DNA of 64,000 bases from Candidatus Kerfeldbacteria bacterium RIFCSPLOWO2_02_FULL_42_19 (GTDB lineage Bacteria > Patescibacteriota > Patescibacteriia > HO2-48-17): contig MHKF01000006.1 in assembly GCA_001818315.1 (NCBI GenBank), positions 17,148-81,147 on the forward strand, given 5' to 3'. The position numbers were made by a program, and so were the translations under genes. Of the stretch, positions 57,670-64,000 are shown piece by piece. A model generated the notes under the pieces. It ran no database searches, had not been told where the DNA came from, and saw nothing but the letters and a program-made list of their open reading frames with translations. Each line of letters opens with the position of its first letter. Position 1 is the first letter of the stretch.

Positions 57670-58563
57670 ATGCAACAACAGAGCAAAAAAAATATATGGA
57701 TTCAAAGATACTTAGGAAGGAGAGGCTATATTCCATTAGTTTTGGGCATACTTTTTGGAATGCTTTTTGCACTGCAGAACTTTGCACTCATTCCTGTTTT
57801 AGCACAAGGTCCGGATCAGCCCGCGAATACTGGTGCGCCAGATGCCGAAGCAGGGCCACTTCTCATTTCACTCGAAATTCCTATTGGTGGAAAAGCGACC
57901 GTAGGGAAACTCGATGAATATATTTCGGAACTCTATACATTTGCTCTCTCATTTATTGGTATTGTCGCGACGATCATGATTATGTGGGGCGGATTTAAGT
58001 GGGTAACAGCAGCAGGAAATTCAGGGAGAATTTCGGATGCTAAGGATACGATTTATAATGCAATTATTGGACTTGTGTTGGCGCTCCTTTCGTGGACTAT
58101 GTTGAATGTGATTAATCCCGCGTTAACATCAAATACGTTTCCAGAAGTGAGACCGATTAAACCAGCATATTCGAAGCTCGCGGACTATGTCGGAGCAAGT
58201 TGTGTGGCAGCTAATGCCGTTGACTCCATGAATATTTGTGAACATTTCAGTCTAGAGGCAACCCAAAACAAAAGTACAGATAGTTTAGTATGTAGTTTTG
58301 ACAGAAAAACTGGTGCTCAGGCATTCGATCATTGCACGATGAAACTATGTGCTGATACACTGGCGAATTGTGCTGGTACATACCCCGGTAACACTTATAA
58401 TTACAGGAAATGCCTTTGTTTATTGTATCAAAAAGATGAAAGTGACTGTAAAAAAGATAGTGAAACTTGCAAATTTCGGTGTAGTTGGCTGGAAGAACCG
58501 ATAACAAATTTAGAGCAAAGAGCAAATCCATGTTGGCCGGATGGGCTTACGCCAGTGATTTAG
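57670..58563 (+). CDS. VirB2/TrbC-like pilin-fold protein with a ~120-aa cysteine-rich C-terminal extension
   Basis: A signal-peptide-like TM (YIPLVLGILFGMLFALQNFALIPVLAQG) is followed by two hydrophobic helices (LYTFALSFIGIVATIMIMWGGFKWV and IYNAIIGLVLALLSWTMLNVI) separated by a short polar loop (TAAGNSGRISDAKDT), which is the VirB2/TrbC topology. The tail carries about 12 Cys (SCVAAN...ICEH...VCSF...HCTMKLCADTLANCAG...KCLCLLY...DCKKDSETCKFRCSW...PCW). Confidence 0.5.
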   Translation: MQQQSKKNIWIQRYLGRRGYIPLVLGILFGMLFALQNFALIPVLAQGPDQPANTGAPDAEAGPLLISLEIPIGGKATVGKLDEYISELYTFALSFIGIVATIMIMWGGFKWVTAAGNSGRISDAKDTIYNAIIGLVLALLSWTMLNVINPALTSNTFPEVRPIKPAYSKLADYVGASCVAANAVDSMNICEHFSLEATQNKSTDSLVCSFDRKTGAQAFDHCTMKLCADTLANCAGTYPGNTYNYRKCLCLLYQKDESDCKKDSETCKFRCSWLEEPITNLEQRANPCWPDGLTPVI

Positions 58564-58653
58564 TTATTTTGGTGTGTTTTGATTTCGGATGGCAATCATA
58601 ATGATACCGGAGAGAAATTCTTGAATAGAGAAGTTTGTTTTTAAATCAGTACA

Positions 58654-60135
58654 ATGCAAAAAAGTATTTTTTTATGCACACATTGCGAGGCTCAGTATCC
58701 AAAGTGGCAGGGGCAATGCAATGAATGCGGTCAATGGGGCACTATAACACAGGAGATGCACAATACCGCAGCGTCGGTGCAAACTTCAGTGAGGCCACAA
58801 AAACTTTTGCGATTAGAAGATAATGTCGAGGAAAAAAGAATCACAACTGATCTGAAGGAGTGTGATCGCGTATTGGGCGGCGGCATTATTCCAGGGTCAC
58901 TCATACTTTTAGGTGGCGATCCTGGCGTAGGGAAGTCTACACTGGCTTTGCAAATCGCTTTGAGTGTTGCTCGAGGCGGCGCAAGTGTTCTGTATGTTTC
59001 TGGCGAGGAATCAGCAAGTCAAATTGGATTACGACTCAAGCGTTTGGCGATAACTCACAAAAAAATACACCACGATCAGCGACAAGAAACGTACTTGCAT
59101 GCAACCCAAACTTTATCGGAAAGACAAGAATTATCAGCAAAAAAAGCATCATTTCAAAACTTGGGTTTTCTTGGCGAAACTTGCGTCGAATCTATTATCG
59201 AAACACTCAAGCATGAAAAGCCAACGCTTGTCATCGTAGATTCCGTGCAGACGCTCGTCGGCCTTTCTGTCGCTCAAGAAGCAGGCGGCATCACGCAAAT
59301 TAAAGCATGCACGACAAAGCTTTTGGAAGCGGCAAAAAAGTATAACGTCGCCATTATTCTGATCGGTCACGTTACAAAGGAAGGTTTCGTGGCAGGACCC
59401 AAGAGTCTGGAACATCTTGTGGATGTTGTATTGTATCTTGAGGGTGAAAACACTTTCGCGTACCGCTTGCTGCGATCAGTAAAAAATCGCTTCGGTGCTA
59501 CAAACGAAGTCGGTGTCTTCGATATGTCCGAACATGGTCTCGTGGAAGTTGCTAATCCATCGGAATTTTTTCTTAGCGAACATCATATTCACGCGCCCGG
59601 TTCCGTAATTACAGGGATATTGGAGGGGAGTCGAGCGTTTCTTGTCGAAGTCCAGGCACTTGTGACGAAGACAGTCTTCGGATATCCGCAACGCAAAGGT
59701 TCCGGATTTGATGTGAATCGCTTACAGTTGCTTCTTGCGGTGTTGCAGGAACGCGCACGGATCAATTTTCAAATGTATGACGTGCATGTAAATATTGTTG
59801 GAGGGCTCAAAATCAAAGACCCGAGCGCCGACCTCGCCGTATGTTTAGCAGTTGCATCTGCGTTACAAAAACAGCCGCTCGATCCAAAATTAGTAGCGCT
59901 TGGAGAAGTTGGACTCAGCGGCGAAATACGAAAAGTTGTCAAACTCGCTGAGCGCTTGAAAGAAGCAGAGCGTATGGAACTGACTACAGTAGTTATGCCG
60001 AAAATGAAACTCCGTGCACGAACAAGTCTGATAGTGCGCGAAGTTACGCATATCTCTGAAGCAATCGTACTTATTCAAGGTGAAAGTTTTCCTGCCAGGC
60101 AGAAAGTTTTTGTGCAAGTAAAGGATAGTGCGTAA
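58654..60135 (+). CDS. radA: DNA repair protein RadA/Sms
   Basis: The N-terminal zinc finger is CTHCEAQYPKWQGQCNECGQWGT. The RecA-like Walker A is GGDPGVGKSTL. The KNRFG motif (VKNRFGATNEV) and a Lon-protease-like C-terminal domain are present. Confidence 0.85.
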   Translation: MQKSIFLCTHCEAQYPKWQGQCNECGQWGTITQEMHNTAASVQTSVRPQKLLRLEDNVEEKRITTDLKECDRVLGGGIIPGSLILLGGDPGVGKSTLALQIALSVARGGASVLYVSGEESASQIGLRLKRLAITHKKIHHDQRQETYLHATQTLSERQELSAKKASFQNLGFLGETCVESIIETLKHEKPTLVIVDSVQTLVGLSVAQEAGGITQIKACTTKLLEAAKKYNVAIILIGHVTKEGFVAGPKSLEHLVDVVLYLEGENTFAYRLLRSVKNRFGATNEVGVFDMSEHGLVEVANPSEFFLSEHHIHAPGSVITGILEGSRAFLVEVQALVTKTVFGYPQRKGSGFDVNRLQLLLAVLQERARINFQMYDVHVNIVGGLKIKDPSADLAVCLAVASALQKQPLDPKLVALGEVGLSGEIRKVVKLAERLKEAERMELTTVVMPKMKLRARTSLIVREVTHISEAIVLIQGESFPARQKVFVQVKDSA

Positions 60136-62107
60136 GCGTTGCATCTTCTACAAGAATATCTCGCGCTGCCGCACGAGCCGTTTCAATGAGCGGTAAATCA
60201 GATAGCGTTGCGATTTTGAGTTCCGGCACAAATCCGGATTGTTGTGTTCCATACATGGTTCCTGATCCGCGGAGTTTAAGATCTGCTTCTGCAAGCGCAA
60301 ATCCATCATGTGAACGAACAAGCATTTGGAGTCGTACAGGAACGCGTTGTGCGTCAGTAACGAGAAAGCAGTATGAAGCAGCGTCGCCGCGTCCGACGCG
60401 GCCGCGAAGTTGATGGAGTTGCGCAAGACCAAAACGTTCCGCGCCTTCAATAACAATGACGGCAGCATTCGGAATATCGATGCCGACTTCAACAACCGAC
60501 GTCGCAACCAAAATGTGGATTTCATTCCGACGAAAATGCTTCATCACTGCGTCCTTCTCTTTCGGTTTTAACTTGCCGTGCAGGAGTCCAACACAGTACG
60601 TTGGAAATATGTGTTTTTGCACACGTTCGTATTCTGTGCACGCAGCCGTCACGCCGAGTGCGTCGTTTTCTTCTATGATTGGGCAAATAATGAAAGCTTG
60701 TTTACCGGCAGCAAGTTCTTCACGAATTTTAGTGTACATTGTTTCACGCTTCGAAGCGCTCACAATTTGAGTAGTCACGAGCGACCTACCGACAGGTTTC
60801 GAGTGAATCTGCGAAACTGCAAGATCTCCGTACAGTGTAAGCATCAGAGAACGGGGGATCGGCGTCGCCGTCATAGAAAGAAGATGCGGCAACAATTGCG
60901 AGCCGTTTTTTGTATTATTTTTATAATGCAGCATACGCCTTTGTCCAACGCCAAAACGATGTTGTTCATCAATAATTACAAGGCCAAGATGATCGAGCTG
61001 TGCTTGTGTAGCAATCAATGCGTGCGTGCCGATAATAATTTGTGCAGACGCTGTCTCATGTTTTTCTGAACCGGTTAAAAGCGCGATGCGAACATCCTGA
61101 GGAAGAAGCGCTTGGAATGTTGCAAACGTTTGTCGTGCCAAAATTTCCGTGGGGCTCATTACCGCAACGCGCGCGCTTGAAAGTATACAGTTATACGCAG
61201 CAATCGCAGAAACGACCGTTTTACCGGATCCGACATCACCCTGTAGCAGACGATGCATTGGCGTTGTTTTTTGCATGTCTTGTAAAATGTGCCATGCTGC
61301 TTTTTTTTGATCATCCGTCAAGCGGAAGGGGAGTACAGCAACGAAGCGCTGAATCGCTTCCTTGTGAAAATGCAGCGGCTGGGCGGGATTGCGAGTAAGA
61401 AACTGTTGATATTGAAGGACGCCGAGTTGAATCGTAAAAATTTCGTCGAATTGCAGACGTAGGCGAGCCTGTGACAGTTTTGGAAACGTTGGTGGAAAGT
61501 GAATCCACTGCAGTGCTTGTGAGAGAGGAATAAGTTTATTTCGGAAGCGGATGGATTGCGGTAGCCATTCCGGAAGAAAACGCAGAAGCGGAAGAATGTG
61601 ACGCACGAGCGTTCGTATTTGTTTTTGCGTGAGTCCTTCGGTGAGCGAATAAAAAGGTACAATACGCCCTGTATGCGTCAGACCTTGCCTGCTGTCTACC
61701 TTTTCATATTGCGGCGACTGCATGAATACACCAAATTTGTTCTGAATGACTTTGCCGGAAAGTGAAATTTTTTCACCAACTTTGAGATTTTTTGTAAGAA
61801 AAGGTTGATTGTACCAAACAGCACGTAGTAAGTCTTCATTGCTGCGTACAAGCGCTTCGGTGACAGCAACTCTTTTACGAGAACTGTTTTTATTTCCGAT
61901 ACTTTCGATCGTGCCGCGCACCGTGACCGGCGTATTGAGTGGCAGCGCTGTCATGTTTGGCATCGTACGAAAATCCTCGTAACGCAAAGGAAAATACATA
62001 AGCAGATCCGCTTGTGTCACGAGACCAAGTTTTTTTAAAAGCGATTCTGTGTGAGCGCCAACGCGCGAAATATTCGAAAGAGGGCGAAGAAAAATCGGTG
62101 GAAACAT
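60071..62107 (-). CDS. recG: ATP-dependent DNA helicase RecG
   Basis: It has an N-terminal wedge/OB domain. Helicase motif I is LLQGDVGSGKTVV, the DEAH box is VIIDEQHRFGV, and motifs V/VI are LVATSVVEVGIDIPNA and QLRGRVGRG. Confidence 0.85.
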   Translation of the reverse strand: MFPPIFLRPLSNISRVGAHTESLLKKLGLVTQADLLMYFPLRYEDFRTMPNMTALPLNTPVTVRGTIESIGNKNSSRKRVAVTEALVRSNEDLLRAVWYNQPFLTKNLKVGEKISLSGKVIQNKFGVFMQSPQYEKVDSRQGLTHTGRIVPFYSLTEGLTQKQIRTLVRHILPLLRFLPEWLPQSIRFRNKLIPLSQALQWIHFPPTFPKLSQARLRLQFDEIFTIQLGVLQYQQFLTRNPAQPLHFHKEAIQRFVAVLPFRLTDDQKKAAWHILQDMQKTTPMHRLLQGDVGSGKTVVSAIAAYNCILSSARVAVMSPTEILARQTFATFQALLPQDVRIALLTGSEKHETASAQIIIGTHALIATQAQLDHLGLVIIDEQHRFGVGQRRMLHYKNNTKNGSQLLPHLLSMTATPIPRSLMLTLYGDLAVSQIHSKPVGRSLVTTQIVSASKRETMYTKIREELAAGKQAFIICPIIEENDALGVTAACTEYERVQKHIFPTYCVGLLHGKLKPKEKDAVMKHFRRNEIHILVATSVVEVGIDIPNAAVIVIEGAERFGLAQLHQLRGRVGRGDAASYCFLVTDAQRVPVRLQMLVRSHDGFALAEADLKLRGSGTMYGTQQSGFVPELKIATLSDLPLIETARAAARDILVEDATLTHYPLLAQKLSAWQENFHLE

Positions 62108-62297
62108 ACGGCGTCCTTTGTTTGAAAATGCGCGAACCTTTTTTTTGAACAGAACTGACGGCGCGCTTCGCGCGCCAAACTGAACGCTCGGGCGGGGCGG
62201 GCAGAAAAAGGGGTGTGGGGAAAATGAATGCCCGCCCCGCCCTCGCTTTCGCCGCCGCCGAATTTCGTGCCAACGAAGTTGGCGCGCCGCAAGAACA
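62108..62297. other. GC-rich intergenic block with three perfect palindromic hairpins
   Basis: The hairpins are GGCGCGC-TTC-GCGCGCC, GGGCGGGGCGGGCA-(about 24 nt)-TGCCCGCCCCGCCC, and GCCAAC-GAAG-TTGGC. GC content is much higher than in the surrounding sequence. The block lies between the PLP-enzyme gene end and the recG start, both on the minus strand. Confidence 0.4.
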
Positions 62298-63434
62298 TTA
62301 TATCAAACCTTTGCCGGTATTGACTATCAAAATTTTCTTCCCTTTCTTAACTAATCCCTTTTCAAAACGATCAATATACAAACCAAGTCCTGCGGCACCG
62401 GACGGTTCTGCTTCAATTCCCTGCGAAGTCAAAAGCTGATGGGCTTGTCGAATTTGTTCTTCAGTTATTTTATTTTTGCCAGTTTCAGAACCAGTGAATG
62501 AAAGATTTACAACTGCACTGATGTCCTCGTCTTTGAAAAGTAAAAATGGTTTGAACGGGGCGGCTAATTTATCAGCATCGCTCGGATATTCTGCTGGTTC
62601 TGCACCGAAAACATTCATTGCAATAACTTTAGAAACTGGAACTTTTAATCGTGGGTCACGTCTTCCTTCTGACTCATTACGCATAGAACGAGCTTGCCAC
62701 ACAAGATAATTCTCCATTAGCCGCCCCGAACCATAAGGAACATAAATCTCGTCGGGCTTTTCATTGAAAGATTCGTGCACGTGCCAATCATAAAATACAG
62801 ACGATGGTTCAATCGCGCGAATAGAAGTTATATCTATTCCTTCGGGGTTATTTGAAATGTGTTTAATATCTTCCGGTTTAAGCTGGCGCGATAAGTCAGT
62901 TGTATACACATCGGCACGAAGCTTTAGAAGCTCGTTTAGAATTGTCGCGCGAGTGTCCTTGCCGGCAATCAATTTTGGTGGTGGTAAATCATATTGTTTG
63001 AAACATTCTGCAATCGCCTTGCCTTCATTACCAGCAGTAATAAGTGAAAGACGAGGCGTTACAAGTCGCTCTAATTCCTTTTTATCTAATGTTCCAGTTC
63101 TGATTTTAAGATACAAAGCCCTTGCGTAATCTCGATAAAGCGTTGCAAGCTCCCACGCGGCCCTATCCTTAATTGTTCCCGTTGGGTTACTTTCTCGGTC
63201 AGCCTCATTTTTTACAAAAATCTCTCCTAGGCCATCTTTTATTAAATCCAATGGAATTACTGGAGTTGATTTCCATTCTGGCGCGCGTGGGTCGGTCTCG
63301 GCGAAAGTAGGAATTCCATCACCCCACTTTTCTACTATTTCATAACTAACAAATCGTGGATATTCTACTTCCTTTTTAACCTCTCTTTCTAATTCGGTTT
63401 GTTCTGGCGGCCTTGGGCCTTTTTCACTAAACAT
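62298..63434 (-). CDS. PLP-dependent enzyme of the tryptophan-synthase-beta superfamily (fold type II; threonine-synthase/cysteine-synthase-like)
   Basis: ESNPTGTIKDRAAWE matches the PLP-lysine motif (x-P-T-G-S/T-F/I-K-D-R). A glycine-rich loop (VPYGSGRLMEN) is present. Specificity is not determinable from sequence alone. Confidence 0.5.
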   Translation of the reverse strand: MFSEKGPRPPEQTELEREVKKEVEYPRFVSYEIVEKWGDGIPTFAETDPRAPEWKSTPVIPLDLIKDGLGEIFVKNEADRESNPTGTIKDRAAWELATLYRDYARALYLKIRTGTLDKKELERLVTPRLSLITAGNEGKAIAECFKQYDLPPPKLIAGKDTRATILNELLKLRADVYTTDLSRQLKPEDIKHISNNPEGIDITSIRAIEPSSVFYDWHVHESFNEKPDEIYVPYGSGRLMENYLVWQARSMRNESEGRRDPRLKVPVSKVIAMNVFGAEPAEYPSDADKLAAPFKPFLLFKDEDISAVVNLSFTGSETGKNKITEEQIRQAHQLLTSQGIEAEPSGAAGLGLYIDRFEKGLVKKGKKILIVNTGKGLI

Positions 63435-63495
63435 ATGATTGGTTAAATTATTTTAACAATTCGTCAGCCGACACATCAAGCGCGCGCGCCAGTTT

Positions 63496-63539
63496 GGTGC
63501 CCCCGACAGGATTCGAACCTGCGACCTTCCCGACATCAG
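63496..63539 (-). other. tRNA 3'-half fragment (variable loop, T arm, acceptor 3' strand, discriminator, CCA)
   Basis: The minus-strand sequence is CTGATGTCGGGAAGGTC-GCAGG-TTCGAAT-CCTGT-CGGGGGC-A-CCA. No matching 5' strand (GCCCCCG) lies upstream, and the fragment abuts the intact tRNA. Confidence 0.45.
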
Positions 63540-63613
63540 CGTCCTCCACAGGGATCGAACCTGTAACCTCAGGCTCCGCAAGCCTGCGCTCTATCCAATT
63601 GAGCTAGGAGGAC
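63540..63613 (-). tRNA. tRNA-Arg(GCG)
   Basis: The minus-strand cloverleaf is GTCCTCC-TA-GCTC-AATTGGATA-GAGC-G-CAGGC-TTGCGGA-GCCTG-AGGTT-ACAGG-TTCGATC-CCTGT-GGAGGAC-G, with all stems perfect. The anticodon GCG is unusual for bacterial Arg and should be confirmed with tRNAscan-SE. No CCA is encoded. Confidence 0.55.
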
Positions 63614-63626
63614 GCACATGTCGAGA

Positions 63627-63655
63627 CGCTCTATCCAATTGAGCTACGGAGAGAC
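63627..63655 (-). other. tRNA 5'-half fragment: acceptor 5' strand plus D arm, a near-duplicate of the tRNA-Arg 5' end
   Basis: The minus-strand GTCTCTC-CG-TAGCTCAATTGGATAGAGCG matches positions 8-27 of the adjacent tRNA exactly. The acceptor strand is divergent, and non-tRNA sequence follows. Confidence 0.45.
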
Positions 63656-63734
63656 AAATAAAACATGCCTTACTATCAGAATTTCATACTTTTATGCTAC
63701 TGATTGTACTAAAAATGAGCGAAAACGCAAGGGT

Positions 63735-64000
63735 TTATTCAACTTTTGAGTACACGATATAATTGTTAATAGTGTTCAAGCGGTCACTGGGTGCAGAACC
63801 AACAGTCGATGGATACGGCAATGTATTCCTGAAGCCGTGACCAAATTTGAGTGTGAAACGATCAAATTGATAGATATCATAGAGTGTTTGGCCAGAATCA
63901 GTATCGGCGAGATCAATTTGTCCTGGCTCCGGGACAGTGTAGGTATAGTTGTCTGTGAGCGTATCATCGGGTCCAGAACACGTTGTTTTATAAAATGTTT
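63735..64000 (-). CDS. Hypothetical protein, C-terminal part (gene continues past the window end)
   Basis: The open minus-strand frame ...TFYKTTCSGPDDTLTDNYTYTVPEPGQIDLADTDSGQTLYDIYQFDRFTLKFGHGFRNTLPYPSTVGSAPSDRLNTINNYIVYSKVE ends in TAA at 63735-63737. It is not in the ORF track because it is truncated by the window edge. Confidence 0.35.
   Translation of the reverse strand, partial: TFYKTTCSGPDDTLTDNYTYTVPEPGQIDLADTDSGQTLYDIYQFDRFTLKFGHGFRNTLPYPSTVGSAPSDRLNTINNYIVYSKVE

Noticed and set aside
1-64000. Alternative genetic code (for example code 25, or code 4 with TGA sense)
   Set aside because: Long conserved genes (pnp, leuS, recG, and the 3583-aa ORF) are intact under the standard code. 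TGA terminates well-defined genes, for example the HK at 7105-7107 where the next gene overlaps as ATGA, rpsO, and the gmk-like gene.
1-64000. CRISPR arrays, rRNA genes, transposase/IS elements
   Set aside because: No regularly spaced short direct repeats were found, and no rRNA-like conserved segments or transposase-like ORFs were seen. The only recombinase is the Xer-like gene at 11064-11987.

Overview
This is a moderately AT-rich window with tightly packed genes, many ATGA/TAATG start–stop overlaps and standard code 11. Long ORFs are intact and TGA/TAA/TAG act as stops. The gene content looks like a small-genome bacterium (Patescibacteria/CPR-like), but that placement is inference only.

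The window contains, in order:
- **1–4.7 kb:** a glycan-export cluster on the minus strand: two tandem Wzy/O-antigen-ligase-like membrane proteins, a GT4 glycosyltransferase and a Wzx flippase.
- **4.7–9.2 kb:** an NrnA-like DHH phosphoesterase, a histidine kinase with a single-domain receiver, a membrane-anchored SAM methyltransferase, and an APH-family phosphotransferase.
- **9.28–10.9 kb:** tRNA-Arg(TCT) and tRNA-His(GTG) immediately upstream of the CCA-adding enzyme gene.
- **10.9–15.0 kb:** a XerC/D-like tyrosine recombinase flanked by three copies of a ~155-bp palindromic element, plus a REC-REC regulator and a PAS histidine kinase.
- **15.3–20.7 kb:** an rpsO–NYN–hypothetical–pnp–gmk-like–hypothetical operon.
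- **21.3–33.6 kb:** DksA/TraR-like, lspA, RNHCP, rsmI and comM/YifB genes; a second paralogous HK + REC + REC-REC module; a LysM-M23 peptidase; then leuS, tsaC and rsmA.

The main feature is a 24.6-kb operon of 12 co-directional genes at 33934–58563:
- It opens with a TSP3-like acidic-repeat membrane protein.
- Next is a 3583-aa cysteine-rich secreted protein with at least four CBM4_9/galactose-binding-like beta-sandwich modules.
- It carries type-IV-secretion-like machinery: a VirB6/TrbL-like polytopic protein of 1292 aa, a VirB3/PrgI-like protein, a VirB4 ATPase whose N-terminal domain is a separate ORF, a VirB8/NTF2-like protein, and a VirB2/TrbC-like pilin with a cysteine-rich tail.
- It also encodes a TolB-like beta-propeller and a DsbA-like oxidoreductase.
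- No relaxase, VirD4 or VirB11 is present in the window.

This looks like a T4SS-like pilus or secretion apparatus that has been co-opted together with a giant disulfide-rich adhesin-like protein. The window ends with radA, recG, a PLP-dependent enzyme, and a tRNA-Arg(GCG) flanked by tRNA fragments. Several structured intergenic repeats and GC-rich palindromic regions are also present.
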